DNA from: Macrostomum lignano
Lineage: Eukaryota
Direction of reading: 5' to 3'
DNA length: 64,000 nt
Assembly (NCBI GenBank): GCA_002269645.1
Contig: NIVC01000819.1
Span: forward strand, 62,001 to 126,000
Shown here: positions 42,511-57,000 of the stretch, piece by piece
How the letters are laid out: each line of letters begins with the position of its first letter
Numbering within the stretch: the first letter of the stretch is position 1
Position numbers and translations under genes: made by a program
Notes under the pieces: model-generated
What the model was told of the DNA's origin: nothing
The model's database searches: none
What the model saw: the letters and a program-made list of their open reading frames with translations, nothing else

Positions 42511-45500
42511 ATGGGGTATTCGAAATTATGCTTTTGCATTAGGCTTAAAACTTTAAAATTTTATCAAAGGCCAGACTTACTGTTTTGACTGTTTGTCTGG
42601 CTGAGAAGTCTGCTGAGTTGTGTTTTCTGGTTGCGCTTTCATGGACTTCAGAGCCAAGGTGTACCTTGTTCTAATCTTCTGCCTGAAAAGGAAAAAATAA
42701 ATAGTAGACAGTTCCAGGTATTGCATTTCATTGCATCTTACAATTAAGTCAAACTTATCTCTTCTAAAAATTTGATATTTTTTTAATTTCAAACAGTTGA
42801 TTAGAGTAAAACCTGATCTTATGATTTATTTCTCAGTTTATCGTCTTTTCATTTAGCTTTAAATGTATTTGGATTTAAGCCACTGGCACAACCAGAAATT
42901 CATTGAGGGGGGATTCCAGTGTTGAAGACCCAAAAAGGGGTGCTATGGGGGTTGGCTGACCCCTTTGCCCATTGGTTGCCCCTTATTAAAGCAAATACCT
43001 AGTTTTTATACCAAGCAGGCCAATTTACTTTAATAAAAATGCTCTTTGAAAAAGAAACTACTTGGTTAATATATTAGAATAGAACTAGTAGTAGTAACTT
43101 CATGATTTGATGTGCGCGAATACCAAGTTAAAAATTATCAATGAGAAATTAAACTTAAAAGGCTGCTACTATATATCGTAAAAATAATCATATTTATTGA
43201 TTAAGCATACATTTCTCTTCACTGACACACCCAGTTTCAAAACATAATAACTATTAATATTAACTGCATTAGGAGTTGTTTTTTTTCAATTGTTTCACAC
43301 ATTTTAAACAGGTTCGCTTTCTAATACAAACATACTTCAGTATTTTTGTGATCAGTTAGTGGAACTTTAAAAAATAACTCTAGCTTAAAAGCTTAATTAT
43401 GGCGCATAATACTAAAATATTCTAATAAACAAGCACAAAACGCTTTAAATTTGTTTTAACAAGTAAACTTTTTAAATTGCTGAAACTGCCAGTCCGTGGA
43501 ACGACCACCACCACAATGATCACAATTCACACGAGTTATTCTACATCTAATTCTACATCTGTCTGAGGTCAAGCTACTCAATTGTTTTTGGTATTTAGTG
43601 AAGTAAAATTGATTAGATTTAAAGGCTTTTCTTTTATAATTAGGCTTAGCCTAGCCCTATAAAATTGATTGGTTATTGACTTAGGCCCATGCCTTTTTCC
43701 AATTCCCCATTGGCTTATGAGATGTGTCTACTACTAGGCCTATTATACTAGGCCCGTACTACTTAGTGTTGGCTAGAAAACCCAGAAATTTTCCTTAGCC
43801 CCTTGCATTTATTGATGTTGTATAGCCTAGGCCTAGTAAGGGTTGAACATCAGCTTTGGCATTAGCATAGGCCTAGCCTATGAATTGTCTTAATTGCCCT
43901 GGCCTGGTACACCTAAAGCCAAATAGAGAATTGAGATGAAAAATATTTAATATGGGCCAGGTGTTCAGTAATAAAGGTGATTATTTTGATAGAAATAAAA
44001 GCTATGCTTTTCACATTTTAAGGGTAAGTAACCTTCCTCTTAGGCTTAGGCTAAATTGATAAGAGTTAGCCCTATGACTTGTTTTTTAACTTTTAATTAA
44101 GCTTAGGGCCTAGCCTAGGGCCTAGTAATAGGCCTACTAATAGCCCTATTGTTATTAGGCCTGAACAACATGATGAAAAAAAGAATATGAATCTTTGATT
44201 TAAATCAGTGAGTTTGATTGTTTGAAGTCAATAGGCCTATTTATAATTTAAACTTTAAAACTTAACATTTTAATAGAGATTTTATATTGCTACATAAGCC
44301 TACAGCCCTATTAGGCCTTAAAATGTCTTAGTCTAGACCTAGACCATAATAAGAATCCTACCTAGGCTGTCCTAGGTAAGGCTAGGCTAGGCTAGGTTAG
44401 GTCTAAAATTATAAGATAGGCCCTAAGCCTATCTAATAGTAATTAGTAATAAATAATAACATAAGTATCAAATTACAAAGCTTATACCTTAATCAATAAA
44501 ATAATTTTTGATTTTATTTGTTTGTATTTTTATTTATATAATTTTTTCTCTATCTGCTATTTTTTATTTTACTATCTTTTTTATTATATATTTTGTTTAT
44601 TTAAACTTTAAGTCTTAGGCCTATATTAATTCTTTAATTAATCTTTACTACAAATTGTTTTTTGATCTCAACATTTTGTTTTATATAATATGGTCATCAT
44701 ATGGCTCTATTAATTAAATACTAACTTATAAGCTTCCCTATTGAAATAAGTTTAAAAAACCTATGGATATGCAATATATGGTCTAAATCTAATAGAGATG
44801 CTCATTTAATAAATAATAGAGAAATGAAAGCCAAAATCAATATATAAGTAAATTATTGTTATAGCCAACACATTTTAACACAAGCAGTCATTTTCAAGGC
44901 TTGCACTCATGATTCACAATTCTATATATTTAAATAAATAAAGAAAATTGAAAACTGTATAGGGCAATAGATAAATGGGTTCAGTCTAGTTGATAATTGT
45001 ATACTAAAAGACAAAAATAAATTAAATTATTAAACCATCACAGAACAAACACAGAGCTAACAATATTGGCAGGAAGAGAGCCACACACCCATACCAAGCC
45101 TGAATCAATTACTAGCAATGCCATCATGATTGCTAGCATAAATGTCTATATCAATTGTAGCCTCCTTGCAGACTGGGTATTAGACCTTTATCAGAATAAG
45201 GCAATAGAAGCTTATCAGTATTGCCGCCTTGCTCTTGCATTCAAGGAGCTTGTCTGTGGCCCAACTCCAGCTGCACTTGTTATTGGTTAAGTTGAAGGTA
45301 TAGTTGATCTAGTAGGAGTTTGAGTGTCATTACCTTTTCTTCCATTACAAATCAAAATGCCAATGCTCATTGATTATTTTTTATGTAACCAAGTCTACTA
45401 ATATCATTATATTGTATCATTAAGACTTTAATTTATTTTGTTTTAAAGTTGCAAACCAGACAACAGTAGCAGCAGACAAAGTACAATCAATAGATCAAGG

Positions 45501-45959
45501 AGAGTAAAAATTAAAATGGCTGATTAAAACTTGCAGTTTTAAATGCATTTTTGATATGAAATTCTCTGTTATTATGATTTACACAAAATATTCAAAGTAG
45601 TATCAAGTTAGATTTTTCAAAAAAAGTCTAATTTTGAATGTTTGAAGTTTAGTTAAAGGCCTATTGGCATCTTGTATAAATTTTTGATAGGCCTGTTTTA
45701 TAATTTAAGATTTACCTTTAGGCTTTAGACTAAGGACTTTTATGAGTATAATGAAAAGAAACGATCAATTAATTAAACACTGCCTATTTTTATCATAGTT
45801 AGCTTAAATTTATTATGAATTCCTTAATACTGTAGGTGCAGCCCAACTCTCCTGCAAAGCAAGCTGGTCTTCAGCCATATTTCGACTTTATACTAGCTAT
45901 TAATGGGCAGCATGTGGTAAGAAGCTTTGTGTTCTTGCTTTTGTAGTCCTATAAATTTG

Positions 45960-47230
45960 TAGACCTTTGGCGTCTGCGGTGCTAAAATAAATGCTTGCCT
46001 TCGGCGCCAAAATGAGTGCCTGTCTGCGGCGCCAAAATGGATGCTTGGCTTCGGCGACAAAATAAGTGCCTTGTCTGTGGCGCCAAAATGGATGCTTGGC
46101 TTCGTCGCCAAAATAAGTGCCTTGTTTGTGGCGCCAAAATGGATGCTTGCCTTCGGGCCCCAGTGGTGTGATTCAGGCACGAATTCGCGCCAGGCGCGAA
46201 AATGGCGCGAATGCGCGAATCCTGGGGGTCTGGCGCGAAATTTTGTGGAACCATGGGCGCGAAAATTGCATTCTTATTTTCTGCTTTTTACACTTATTCT
46301 CTTGTCAGATAGTATGAGATACAAGAATGTCATAGCTTAGGAGATTAATCTAACAAACTGAGTTCAATCTTTTGTCTGTGTTGTCTGGTTTGTTTGTTGT
46401 CTGGCTTGTTTGTTATCTGGATTGGACAAATCACAAGTATAATTCCGGATTATTTTGCAAAATTATGCATCTTCAAAAGTGTCATCAATTGACTTTTTTG
46501 GCTGTCAGTAGAATATTATTGGCATGGCGCGAAATTTGGCAAACTTTCCAATCACACCACTGCCTTCGGCGCCAAAATAAGTGCCTGTCTGTGGCGCTTA
46601 TATAGATGCTTGCCTTCGGCGCCAAAATAAGTGCCTGTCTGTGGCGCCTACATAGATGCTTGCCTTCGTCGCCAAAATAAGTGCCTGTCTGTGGCGCCTA
46701 AATGGATGCTTGCCTTCGTCGCCAAAATAAGTGCCTGTCTGCGGCGCCAAAATGGATGCTTGCCTTCGGCGCCAAAATAAGTGCCTGTCTGTGGCGCCAA
46801 AACGGATGCTTGCCTTCGGCGCCAAAATAAGTGCCTGTCTGCGGCGCCAAAATGGATGCTTGCCTTCGGCGCCAAAATAAGTGCCTGTCTGTGGCGCCTA
46901 AATGGATGCTTGCCTTCGGCGCCAAAATGAGTGCCTGTCTGTGGCGCCTAAATGGATGCTTGCCTTCGGCGCCAAAATAAGTGCCTGTGCGGCGCCAAAA
47001 TGGATGCTTGCCTTCGGCGCCAAAATGAGTGCCTGTCTGCGGCGCCTAAATGGATGCTTGGCTTCGGCGCCAAAATGAGTGCCTGTCTGTGGCGCCTAAA
47101 TGGATGCTTGGCTTCGGCGCCAAAATGAGTGCCTGTCTGTGGCGCCTAAATGGATGCTTGGCTTCGGCGCCAAAATGAGTGCCTGTCTGTGGCGCCTAAA
47201 TGGATGCTTGCCCTCGGCGCCAAAATGAGT
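45960..47230. repeat. 50-bp (2 x 25) GGCGCC-containing minisatellite in two blocks (45960-46160 and 46540-47230)
   Basis: Unit GCCAAAATAAGTGCCTGTCTGTGGCGCCTAAATGGATGCTTGCCTTCGGC. Confidence 0.93.
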
Positions 47231-47330
47231 GGTTTTCCAAAATAGATCCTCCGTGCAAAATTAAACTTCTCTTAGTCTAGCCTAGCCAAAATATCTTCAC
47301 CTGCAGACACCGGAACGGCAGCTGCACTCA

Positions 47331-47861
47331 TTGCTGAGGCCGACTGCTCAAGCTCTGTCCTCAGTTGACCTCACCGTGTACAGCAGTAAGCAGCGCACGG
47401 TCCGCCAGGTTCACGTTGACCTGGCCTCTGGCTCGGAGCCTGGCAGCGGCCAGGGCCTCCTTGGCGTCAGCGTGCGTCTGTGCTGCAGCGCCGGCCAGCC
47501 GGCCTTGGCCTGGCGCGTGCTGGACGTGGCGCCAGGCTCCCCGGCCAGTGTGGCCGGCCTGCGCCCCGACAGCGACTTCATTGTTGGCGGGGCCGTTGTC
47601 GTGGACTGCGATGCCGCCGACTGCAGAACAGGCTCCGCTCCGCTGCACACGCACGAGGACCTGTTCGAGCTGATCGAATCTCACGCAGCTGCCCAGTCCG
47701 CGCTGCAGCTGCACGTCTACTGCAGCAGCACTGAGCAGTTCCGCCTGCTGACCGTCAGGCCCGACCCCAACTGGGGCGGCGACGGCGCTCTGGGCTGCGG
47801 ACTGGGCTACGGATATCTGCACCAGATTCCCGATGGCGGGGCAGCCTCTGAGTGCAGCTGA
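47331..47861 (+). CDS. GRASP55/65 (GORASP-family) tandem PDZ region, partial
   Basis: VYSSK..TVR.V, GQGLLGVSVR, WRVLDVAPGSPA..AGL.P.SDFIVG and WGGDGALGCGLGYGYLHQIP. Confidence 0.88.
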   Translation: MLRPTAQALSSVDLTVYSSKQRTVRQVHVDLASGSEPGSGQGLLGVSVRLCCSAGQPALAWRVLDVAPGSPASVAGLRPDSDFIVGGAVVVDCDAADCRTGSAPLHTHEDLFELIESHAAAQSALQLHVYCSSTEQFRLLTVRPDPNWGGDGALGCGLGYGYLHQIPDGGAASECS

Positions 47862-47904
47862 TCAGGTTGGAGTTCTTGCTTCGGCTCAGTGCTAATCCAG
47901 GTCC

Positions 47905-49130
47905 TTCAGCGGCCATCCTATCTCCCGTTTAGATCCTTCAGTGGCCATTCTATCCCCCTGCTAGAGCCTTCAGTGGCCATTCTATCCACCTGCTAGAGCC
48001 TTCAGTGGCCATTCTATCCACCTGCTAAAGCCTTCAGTGGGCATTCTATCCACCTGCTAGAGCCTTCAGTGGGCATTCTATCCCCCATTTAGATCCTTCA
48101 GTGGGCATTCTATCCCCCCAGCTAAAGCCTTCAGTGGGCATTCTATCCACCATTTAGATCCTTCAGTGGGCATTCTATCCCCCATTTAGATCCTTCAGTG
48201 GGCATTCTATCCCCCATTTAGATCCTTCAGTGGGCATTCTATCCCCCAGCTAAAGCCTTCAGTGGGCATTCTATCCCCCAGCTAAAGCCTTCAGTGGGCA
48301 TTCTATCCACCATTTAGATCCTTCAGTGGGCATTCTATCCCCCATTTAGATCGTTCAGTGGGCATTCTATCCCCATTTAGATCCTTCAGTAGGCATTCTA
48401 TCCCCCAGCTAAAGCCTTCAGTGGGCATTCTATCCCCCAGCTAAAGCCTTCAGTGGGCATTCTATCCCCCATTTAGATCCTTCAGTGGGCATTCTATCCC
48501 CCATTTAGATCCTTCAGTGGGCATTCTATCCCCCAGCTAAAGCCTTCAGTGGGCATTCTATCCCCCAGCTAAAGCCTTCAGTGGGCATTCTATCCACCAT
48601 TTAGATCCTTCAGTGGGCATTCTATCCCCCATTTAGATCCTTCAGTGGGCATTCTATCCCCCATTTAGATCCTTCAGTGGGCATTCTATCCCCAGCTAAA
48701 GCCTTCAGTGGGCATTCTATCCCCAGCTAAAGCCTTCAGTGGGCATTCTATCCCCCATTTAGATCCTTCAGTGGGCATTCTATCCCCCATTTAGATCCTT
48801 CAGTGGGCATTCTATCCCCCAGCTAAAGCCTTCAGTGGGCATTCTATCCCCAGCTAAAGCCTTCAGTGGGCATTCTATCCCTCAGCTAAAGCCTTCAGTG
48901 ACCATTCTATTCCCCATCTAAAGCCTTTATTGGGAATTCTATCCCCATCTAAAGCCTTCATTGGGAATTCTATCCCCCATCTAAAGCCTTCATTGGGAAT
49001 TCTATCCCCCATCTAAAGCCTTCATTGGGAATTCTATCCCCCATCTAAAGCCTTCATTGGGAATTCTATCCCCCATCTAAAGCCTTCATTGGGAATTCTA
49101 TCCCCCATCTAAAGCCTTCAGTGGGCAGGA
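47905..49130. repeat. 32-bp minisatellite (TCCTTCAGTGGGCATTCTATCCCCCATTTAGA)n
   Basis: About 38 units with two alternating variants. Confidence 0.95.
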
Positions 49131-50007
49131 TACCCTTCAAATGATGTATAAGTAAGTAGGGATCGCTTTGAGCCCGCACAAAAATGCAATGCAATATCGG
49201 GATTTGCACTGTAGACCATCTTGCCAGCTTCAAACCAATTCCAGCTGTCAGGTTGTTACTCAATGCCAGTGCTATAGCAGTAAAGCTTTCGATAGCTCCC
49301 GACTGACAGAAGAGCTCAAACAAAATTCTTAGGGTCGGGTTTAACGCAAGCTGACAGAGAAGTTTTACTGACTCATTGATCCCAATGCCCGCACTGCTTG
49401 TACTGGCTTGGTCAGTTTAGCCAATGCGCTGAATTCAGCTGACTTTGCAGTCCCTATCGGTGCAATATAATCTTTTCTACGCTGTTTCTGATAGCTCCCG
49501 ACAGAAGCGCGCCTTTGGCAACTGACCAGTGCGGCTGTTGGGTTTAACAGAAACTGACATTACTGCTGGCTTTGCCTACTTCTAGTAGAGTTTGCCGCTT
49601 TTAAATTTTAATCAGATATCAAACCGATGGATTTCTCGGGGCTGAGAATAGTCTACTCATCAGTAGTCTGGTGCAGTTCATATTATTATTTTGGAAATTG
49701 AATTCCCATGGCCTGTTTTGCCAATTACAGCCTGAGCCAGTCCGACAGACCTCCACTTCGAACTCTGCATCGATTTGAAACTGATTTTTGACCTGCTGCT
49801 TGTTCATACAGCTGGTGTGCTAAAATTTCAACTCATTTTTTTACTATTTTTATGCTGCTGATTTTACAAAATTGTGTGAAGTGCCCTTTTTTGACAAAAT
49901 TTTACTTTGATAAATATACATCGATACAAATAGTTGTCTTTATTGCATATTTACTGAGAAACTGTGTAAAAATCTGGTTCATCAGGCATTGAATTGTTGC
50001 TATAATA

Positions 50008-50310
50008 ATAATAATTGATTACACCTATCCTAATATGGCCAGATATGCAACCAACAGCTCAGCCGCAGCTATTGCGCGGCGCATCTGAAGGCTGCGTACG
50101 GCTGTTCAGTCCAAGGACTGGGGGGTCGCCACACACACCCTCAATTACCCCAGCTAATGCTGGCACCCATTTTACAGCTGGATGAACTGAAGCAATGCAG
50201 AGTTAAGTGTCTTGCTCAAGGACACAAATTGTTCCAGTGGAATCAAGAATCGAACCCCCGACGGCCCGACCTTTCAGTCGTGAGTCCGATGTTCTAACCA
50301 GTGGGCTATA
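50008..50310 (-). mobile_element. SINE family A copy
   Basis: Matches 12891-13140; (ATT)n tail. Confidence 0.82.
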
Positions 50311-50994
50311 AGTAAGCTATCAATGCCTTGCTATAATCATCCAGCTTCCTCTGTTGGCCCATCATGTGTTATCCCGGGTGCAGCTTGGCATCTGCAGTTG
50401 TCGATCTGATCCGAGTCGAAGCGAGAAGTGTGCGCAACACGTCTGTGTAATCTGATCGGCTGTCTCCGCTCAATCAGCTGATCGATCATCGCCACTTTAG
50501 TCTTTCGCAACGACTACTACATCTTCCTTGCTTTAGTGTCTACAAGTGTTAAAAAGTACATCTGAATCTTTCCTGAGCTTGACCAATCGAGTTCAAGCAA
50601 CGGCCAATTGGCTTTGCTTGCTGAGAGGAGCATTTAGTTGACAGCTGGTGTTATCAAATACAGCCGAGGCCTGCTGAAATGCGACCGGCTGTCGCTAACA
50701 TGGCCTGTTCGGCCGGCTGGCGGCCCCGGTCTGCGTCCTTCCGAGTCGGCGACGCGACCGACTCGCCCGCACTGCGTACTGAAATTGAAGGCTCGACTGC
50801 CGCCGCTGTGTATGCCTCCGTGCCTCAGCTGTCTCGGGTTGTCTCGCCAGAAGGCCGCTCCTGTCAGCTGTGTCAGTTTGAGCAGGATGAAGGTACATGC
50901 GTCTTGTTTGAGCAATTTTTATCAATAAACATGCTTGAACTTTTCGACTACATCTTCGTGTACAGCATCCTGCCACCCGCGGAACTTCAATGAA

Positions 50995-51358
50995 TGATTT
51001 TTTTATTAGAGGCATGGGGGTTGTGTGCACCCTGGCGCACTTTAAGCGACAGGCACACAACCGGCGAGAGGCATTACTACCCATTCCGCCGACTCCCCTG
51101 AGCAGGCACACAAGCGCGCGGATACGTACGCAGGCACACACTCACACAGGAGTGTACAGCGGCCCTAACTTTATTTTATCGTTAGCGGCATGCACACTTC
51201 ACTGTGCCTTGGGGAGTTGGCTCTCAAGGCCGTTAATTGCACGAGCAGAGCCAAGCTGAGATTCCAATTCAGCCCCAAATTAATGTGACTGCACTTGGAA
51301 TCGAGCCTGGGTCGCTGGCACACCGGAGCCTGCGCTAGACCGCTGGGCTACGGCCCCC
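50995..51358 (-). mobile_element. SINE family B copy (intact tail)
   Basis: Reverse complement matches 22505-22864. Confidence 0.78.
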
Positions 51359-53319
51359 CTTTCCATGAATGATAAGTGCCGTTAAATGCCTAAAATATAG
51401 GGGCTATTAGACTGAACACTGAAGAAATCTGAAGTTAAAGAGCTGTTATTCTTCTTTCAACAGCCAGGTCCTTGATCTTGGGTTCCGTCCAAACAACAAC
51501 CTGTAAAGCAGGACGCTCGCAAATCTTGCGCAAGTGTTTTTTGGAGGCCGGTTTTCGATGCAGCATGCAAGAGAAAGAGATAAGGAAGTTTTCAGCTTTT
51601 GCTCGTATAGCTCAAAATTCAAAATACTTCACCTGGACTTCTGGATTCCAAATGAGACAAGTTTTTTGAGAGAAGGGCAACAGGAGCTGAGGAACACTGA
51701 GACCTGACGAGTCCCCCTGAGGCCCTGAGCGTCATAACTTCGATGGATTTTTGTTGGTCGCTAGGGGCTAACGGAATGGGCTGGAACGCATCTACTTCCA
51801 CGCTGCATCCGCCAGACAATGCCACCTGTAGCTGAGTCAAAGCGCTGAATAAGGTTTCGCAATAGACTAATCAAGGACCATTGTAGTATAACAGGTCGTA
51901 AAAATCAAAGGTCGTGTAAATTTTGGAGGACTACTTCCCGAGAAAATCCTACTGCGAATTAAGATAGGAAAAAATCATTTTTTATTAGATTGATCTGGGG
52001 CAGTGAAGGTTACAATTTGTCAAATTTAGCTGTGTAAACTTAGAGTTTCATTTTTGGTAAGCCATTATTGCAGGTATAATTCCATTTCAATGCATATTAC
52101 AAGTTCGGGCCACATACGCTCGTACATTGCACAGTTTTTGCTTGTAACTTTTGGGCTTATGAAATAAAAAGAAAACAATATGAAAATGAAACTTTAACTA
52201 CACAGCTACATGTAAATTAAATAGCCACAACAGAGTAACATACTGTGGATGCTAAATTAAAAGAAGGAACTTGGCTTGCTTTCCGGTCTCGGTTAAAGCA
52301 TTTCATAAAAAAATAGCTTGGTAGACTTGCATGCACCTCGGTCTAAGCACAGGTTTCTACATGCTTTTACTTTGCAATTTGGAAGTTCAGAAGGTGAGAT
52401 ATTGAGAATTTAAGGGCAAATAAAAATTAAAATTTTCTTCTCTCTCAAAATTTTGTGCCATTTTCCTGGCACAAAATTGGCACGATTTGAGAGTGTCGAT
52501 GGGCAATACAAATGCAATCACCAGTCCGATCATATTTAACGCTTCAGTCAAAGGATTCACTCGACGGAGTGTCTGCTCTGCCGCTCTCATTCCCACTAGC
52601 GCATGGGGCCTTAGCGACAGCTTGAGCACACAAATGCACGATTTTTTAATTGGATTTGTCAGCATTCCGTGCTGTGGTCATTTCCACAATTCGTTGGAAT
52701 TCCCACTTGTAAAATGGCTTGAATAGAAGCATGAAACATGCGATTGCTGGCTTCATGGACTGTTAAAGCGAATGGACGCCTGCACGCATGAAGGGTGTAA
52801 AATTGAAAGGGTTCGGCTTGAAGCATTTCGCAGTAACTAAAATGCACAGCAAGCGAATAGTAAACGAAAAGAGTCCGGTTTGTAGTTTAACAATGAGGCC
52901 GGTGCGCTCAAAGCGTCTACGGTTGATGGTAAACTTTTTCGGTCACTTAAATCTACAAACTCTACCTAGTAACCGGAATTCTGACATTTTTGGCCACTCG
53001 TGGGTCAACTTACAACTGGCAACTTTTTCGTCTACTTTTAATATGAATCATACAGTGAGTGCATGGTACAGACTATAAGACGCAAAAATTTCGGCTCATG
53101 GTCGCCATGCACGGTCAGGTTAACTTCTTATACAGGTTTCTTCGAATCTTACCTGAAATATACATAGCTTGACATGTAATTCTCATAGAAATCAAATTAC
53201 GAGTACTGGGTAAATTCTCGTAATCCGCCTATCAGTGGCCGGAAAATTCCGACCCTCGGTCCGTTGAAACTTTACAATAGCAACCCGGCCCGCTCAATGT
53301 TTATTTCTCTTCTCAGTGC

Positions 53320-53475
53320 TCCTCTCTAATCTCCTCTCTCTTCTCTCCTCTCTTCTCTCTTCTCCTCTCCTCTCCTCTTCTCCTCTCCTCCTCTCCTCTC
53401 CTCTCCTTCTCCTCCCCTCCCCCCTCTTCTCTCCTTTTCTCCTCTCCTCTCCTCTCCTCCCTTCTCCTCTCTTCC
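53320..53475. repeat. Polypyrimidine microsatellite (CTCCT-like)
   Basis: C/T-only tract. Confidence 0.9.
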
Positions 53476-54096
53476 ATTCCAATATACTAAAAATGGTCTG
53501 TCTGTGTCTATGTGATCGATTAGAGAAAAAATGGCTGGACCGATTTTGTTCGAACTTGCACTGTTCGATCAGAAATTTTCCCGTGACTGTACATGCATCG
53601 TGGCTAAGAAATTGCTCGATGCTAAAGGCATTAAATATTCGAAAAACATGCTTTTTTGCAAAGGTCAAGCAAACTTTTCGACTTGAAATGCATTGTAAGA
53701 ATGCTAGAGAAAAAACTGACTGGTTGAATTCTGATTCTGAAATAGATTGCATCATAACTGAATTGTAACTCCGACTTGAATTGAAAATGCAGTGTGGAAG
53801 CGTAGCACCAGACTTGATTTAAATTGCGTAACCATATTGTTAACTGATACTGACTGACTGAGAAACTGATTATGTCATAACTGCTTCGTGTGATTTACTC
53901 TATGCTTGGATTTTAAAGTGTTGAATTATATAAGTGCAAAATTTGATGTTATCAAAACGATGAGAGCTAGCCTAGAGGTGAACAAACTGAACTGCTAAAT
54001 GCAGCGACGATGGTTCGAATTTTCGTAGAGTGGAATTTTTTTTAATTAAAGCTTTTCAACGTCAGGAAAACTAAAAGACTTTTTAAAAGAAGAGTA

Positions 54097-57000
54097 ATGT
54101 AAAAATCATAGAAGCGTCATGTAAACAATCATAGAAGCGTCATGTAAACAATCATAGAAGCGTCATATAAACATCATAGAAGCGTCATGTAAACAATCAT
54201 AGAAGCGTCATAATAACAATCATAGAAGCGTCATGTAAACAATCATAGAAGCGTCATGTAAACAATCATAGAAGCGTCATGTAAAAAATCATAGAAATGC
54301 CATGTAAACAATCGTAGAAGTGTCATGTAAAAACCCATAGAAGCGTCATGTTAACAATCATAGAAGCGTCATGTAAACAATCATAGAAGCGTCATGTAAA
54401 CAATCATAGAAGCGTCATGTAAATAATCATAGAAGCGTCATGTAAACAATCATAGAAGCGTCATGTAAACAATCATAGAAGCGTCATGTAAACAATCATA
54501 GAAGCGTCATGTAAAAAATCATAGAAATGCCATGTAAAAAATCATAGAAGCGTCATGTAAAAAATCATAGAAGCGTCATGTAAAAAATCGTAGAAGCGTC
54601 ATATAAAACTCATAGAAGCGTCATGTAAAAAATCGTAGAAGCGTCATAATAACAATCATAGAAGCGTCATGTAAACAATCATAGAAGCGTCATGTAAACA
54701 ATCATAGAAGCGTCATGTAAATAATCATAGAAGCGTCATGTAAACAATCATAGAAGCGTCATGTAAACAATCATAGAAGCGTCATGTAAACAATCATAGA
54801 AGCGTCATGTAAAAAATCATAGAAATGCCATGTAAAAAATCATAGAAGCGTCATGTAAAAAATCATAGAAGCGTCATGTAAAAAATCGTAGAAGCGTCAT
54901 GTAAAAATCATAGAAGCGTCATGTAAAAAATCATAGAAGCGTCATATAAAAATCATAGAAGCGTCATGTAAAAAATCGTAGAAGCGTCATAATAACAATC
55001 ATAGAAGCGTCATGTAAACAATCATAGAAGCGTCATGTAAAAAATCGTAGAAGCGTCATATAAAAATCATAGAAGCGTCATGTAAACAATCATAGAAGCG
55101 TCATGTAAACAATCATAGAAGCGTCATGTAAACAATCATAGAAGCGTCATGTAAAGATCATAGAAGCGTCATGTAAACAATCATAGAAGCGTCATATAAA
55201 AATCATAGAAGCGTCATGTAAACAATCATAGAAGCGTCATATAAAAATCATAGAAGCGTCATGTAAAAAATCATAGAAGCGTCATGTAAAAAATCAGATA
55301 AGCGTCATGTAAACAATCAGAGAAGCGTCATGTAAACAATCATAGAAGCGTCATATAAAAATCATAGAAGCGTCATGTAAAAAATCATAGAAGCGTCATG
55401 TAAAAACCCATAGAAGCGTCATGTAAACGATCATAGAAGCGTCATGTAAACAATCATAGAAGCGTCATGTAAACAATCATAGAAGCGTCATGTAAATAAT
55501 CATAGAAGCGTCATGTAAACAATCATAGAAGCGTCATGTAAACAATCATAGAAGCGTCATGTAAACAATCATAGAAGCGTCATGTAAACAATCATAGAAG
55601 CGTCATGTAAACAATCATAGAAGCGTCATGTAAATAATCATAGAAGCGTCATGTAAACAATCATAGAAGCGTCATGTAAACAATCATAGAAGCGTCATGT
55701 AAACAATCATAGAAGCGTCATGTAAAAAATCATAGAAATGCCATGTAAAAAATCATAGAAGCGTCATGTAAAAAATCATAGAAGCGTCATGTAAAAAATC
55801 GTAGAAGCGTCATATAAAAATCATAGAAGCGTCATGTAAAAAATCGTAGAAGCGTCATAATAACAATCATAGAAGCGTCTTGTAAACAATCATAGAAGCG
55901 TCATGTAAAAAATCGTAGAAGCGTCATATAAAAATCATAGAAGCGTCATGTAAAAAATCGTAGAAGCGTCATAATAACAATCATAGAAGCGTCATGTAAA
56001 AAATCATAGAAGCGTCATGTAAAAAATCGTAGAAGCGTCATATAAAAATCATAGAAGCGTCATGTAAAAAATCGTAAAAGCGTCAAATAAAAATCATAGA
56101 AGCGTCATGTAAACAATCATAGAAGCGTCATGTAAAAAAATCATAAAAGCGTCATGTAAACAATCATAGAAGCGTCATATAAAAATCATAGAAGCGTCAT
56201 GTAAACAATCATAGAAGCGTCATGTAAACAATCATAGAAGCGTCATGTAAACAATCATAGAAGCGTCATGTAAACAATCATAGAAGCGTCATGTAAACAA
56301 TCATAGAAGCGTCATGTAAATAATCATAGAAGCGTCATGTAAACAATCATAGAAGCGTCATGTAAACAATCATAGAAGCGTCATGTAAACAATCATAGAA
56401 GCGTCATGTAAACAATCATAGAAGCGTCATGTAAATAATCATAGAAGCGTCATGTAAACAATCATAGAAGCGTCATGTAAACAATCATAGAAGCGTCATG
56501 TAAACAATCATAAAAGCGTCATGTAAAAAATCATAGAAATGCCATGTAAAAAATCATAGAAGCGTCATGTAAAAAATCATAGAAGCGTCATGTAAAAAAT
56601 CGTAGAAGCGTCATATAAAAATCATAGAAGCGTCATGTAAAAAATCGTAGAAGCGTCATAATAACAATCATAGAAGCGTCATGTAAACAATCATAGAAGC
56701 GTCATGTAAAAAATCGTAGAAGCGTCATATAAAAATCATAGAAGCGTCATGTAAAAAATCGTAGAAGCGTCATAATAACAATCATAGAAGCGTCATGTAA
56801 AAAATCGTAGAAGCGTCATATAAAAATCATAGAAGCGTCATGTAAAAAATCGTAGAAGCGTCATAATAACAATCATAGAAGCGTCATGTAAACAATCATA
56901 GAAGCGTCATGTAAAAAATCGTAGAAGCGTCATATAAAAATCATAGAAGCGTCATGTAAAAAATCGTAGAAGCGTCATAATAACAATCATAGAAGCGTCA

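Noticed and set aside
46598-46925. Three overlapping 75-aa ORFs
   Set aside because: Products of the 50-bp minisatellite.
50634-50993. GC-rich exon-like stretch
   Set aside because: It may be coding, but I recognise no domain and cannot fix a frame.
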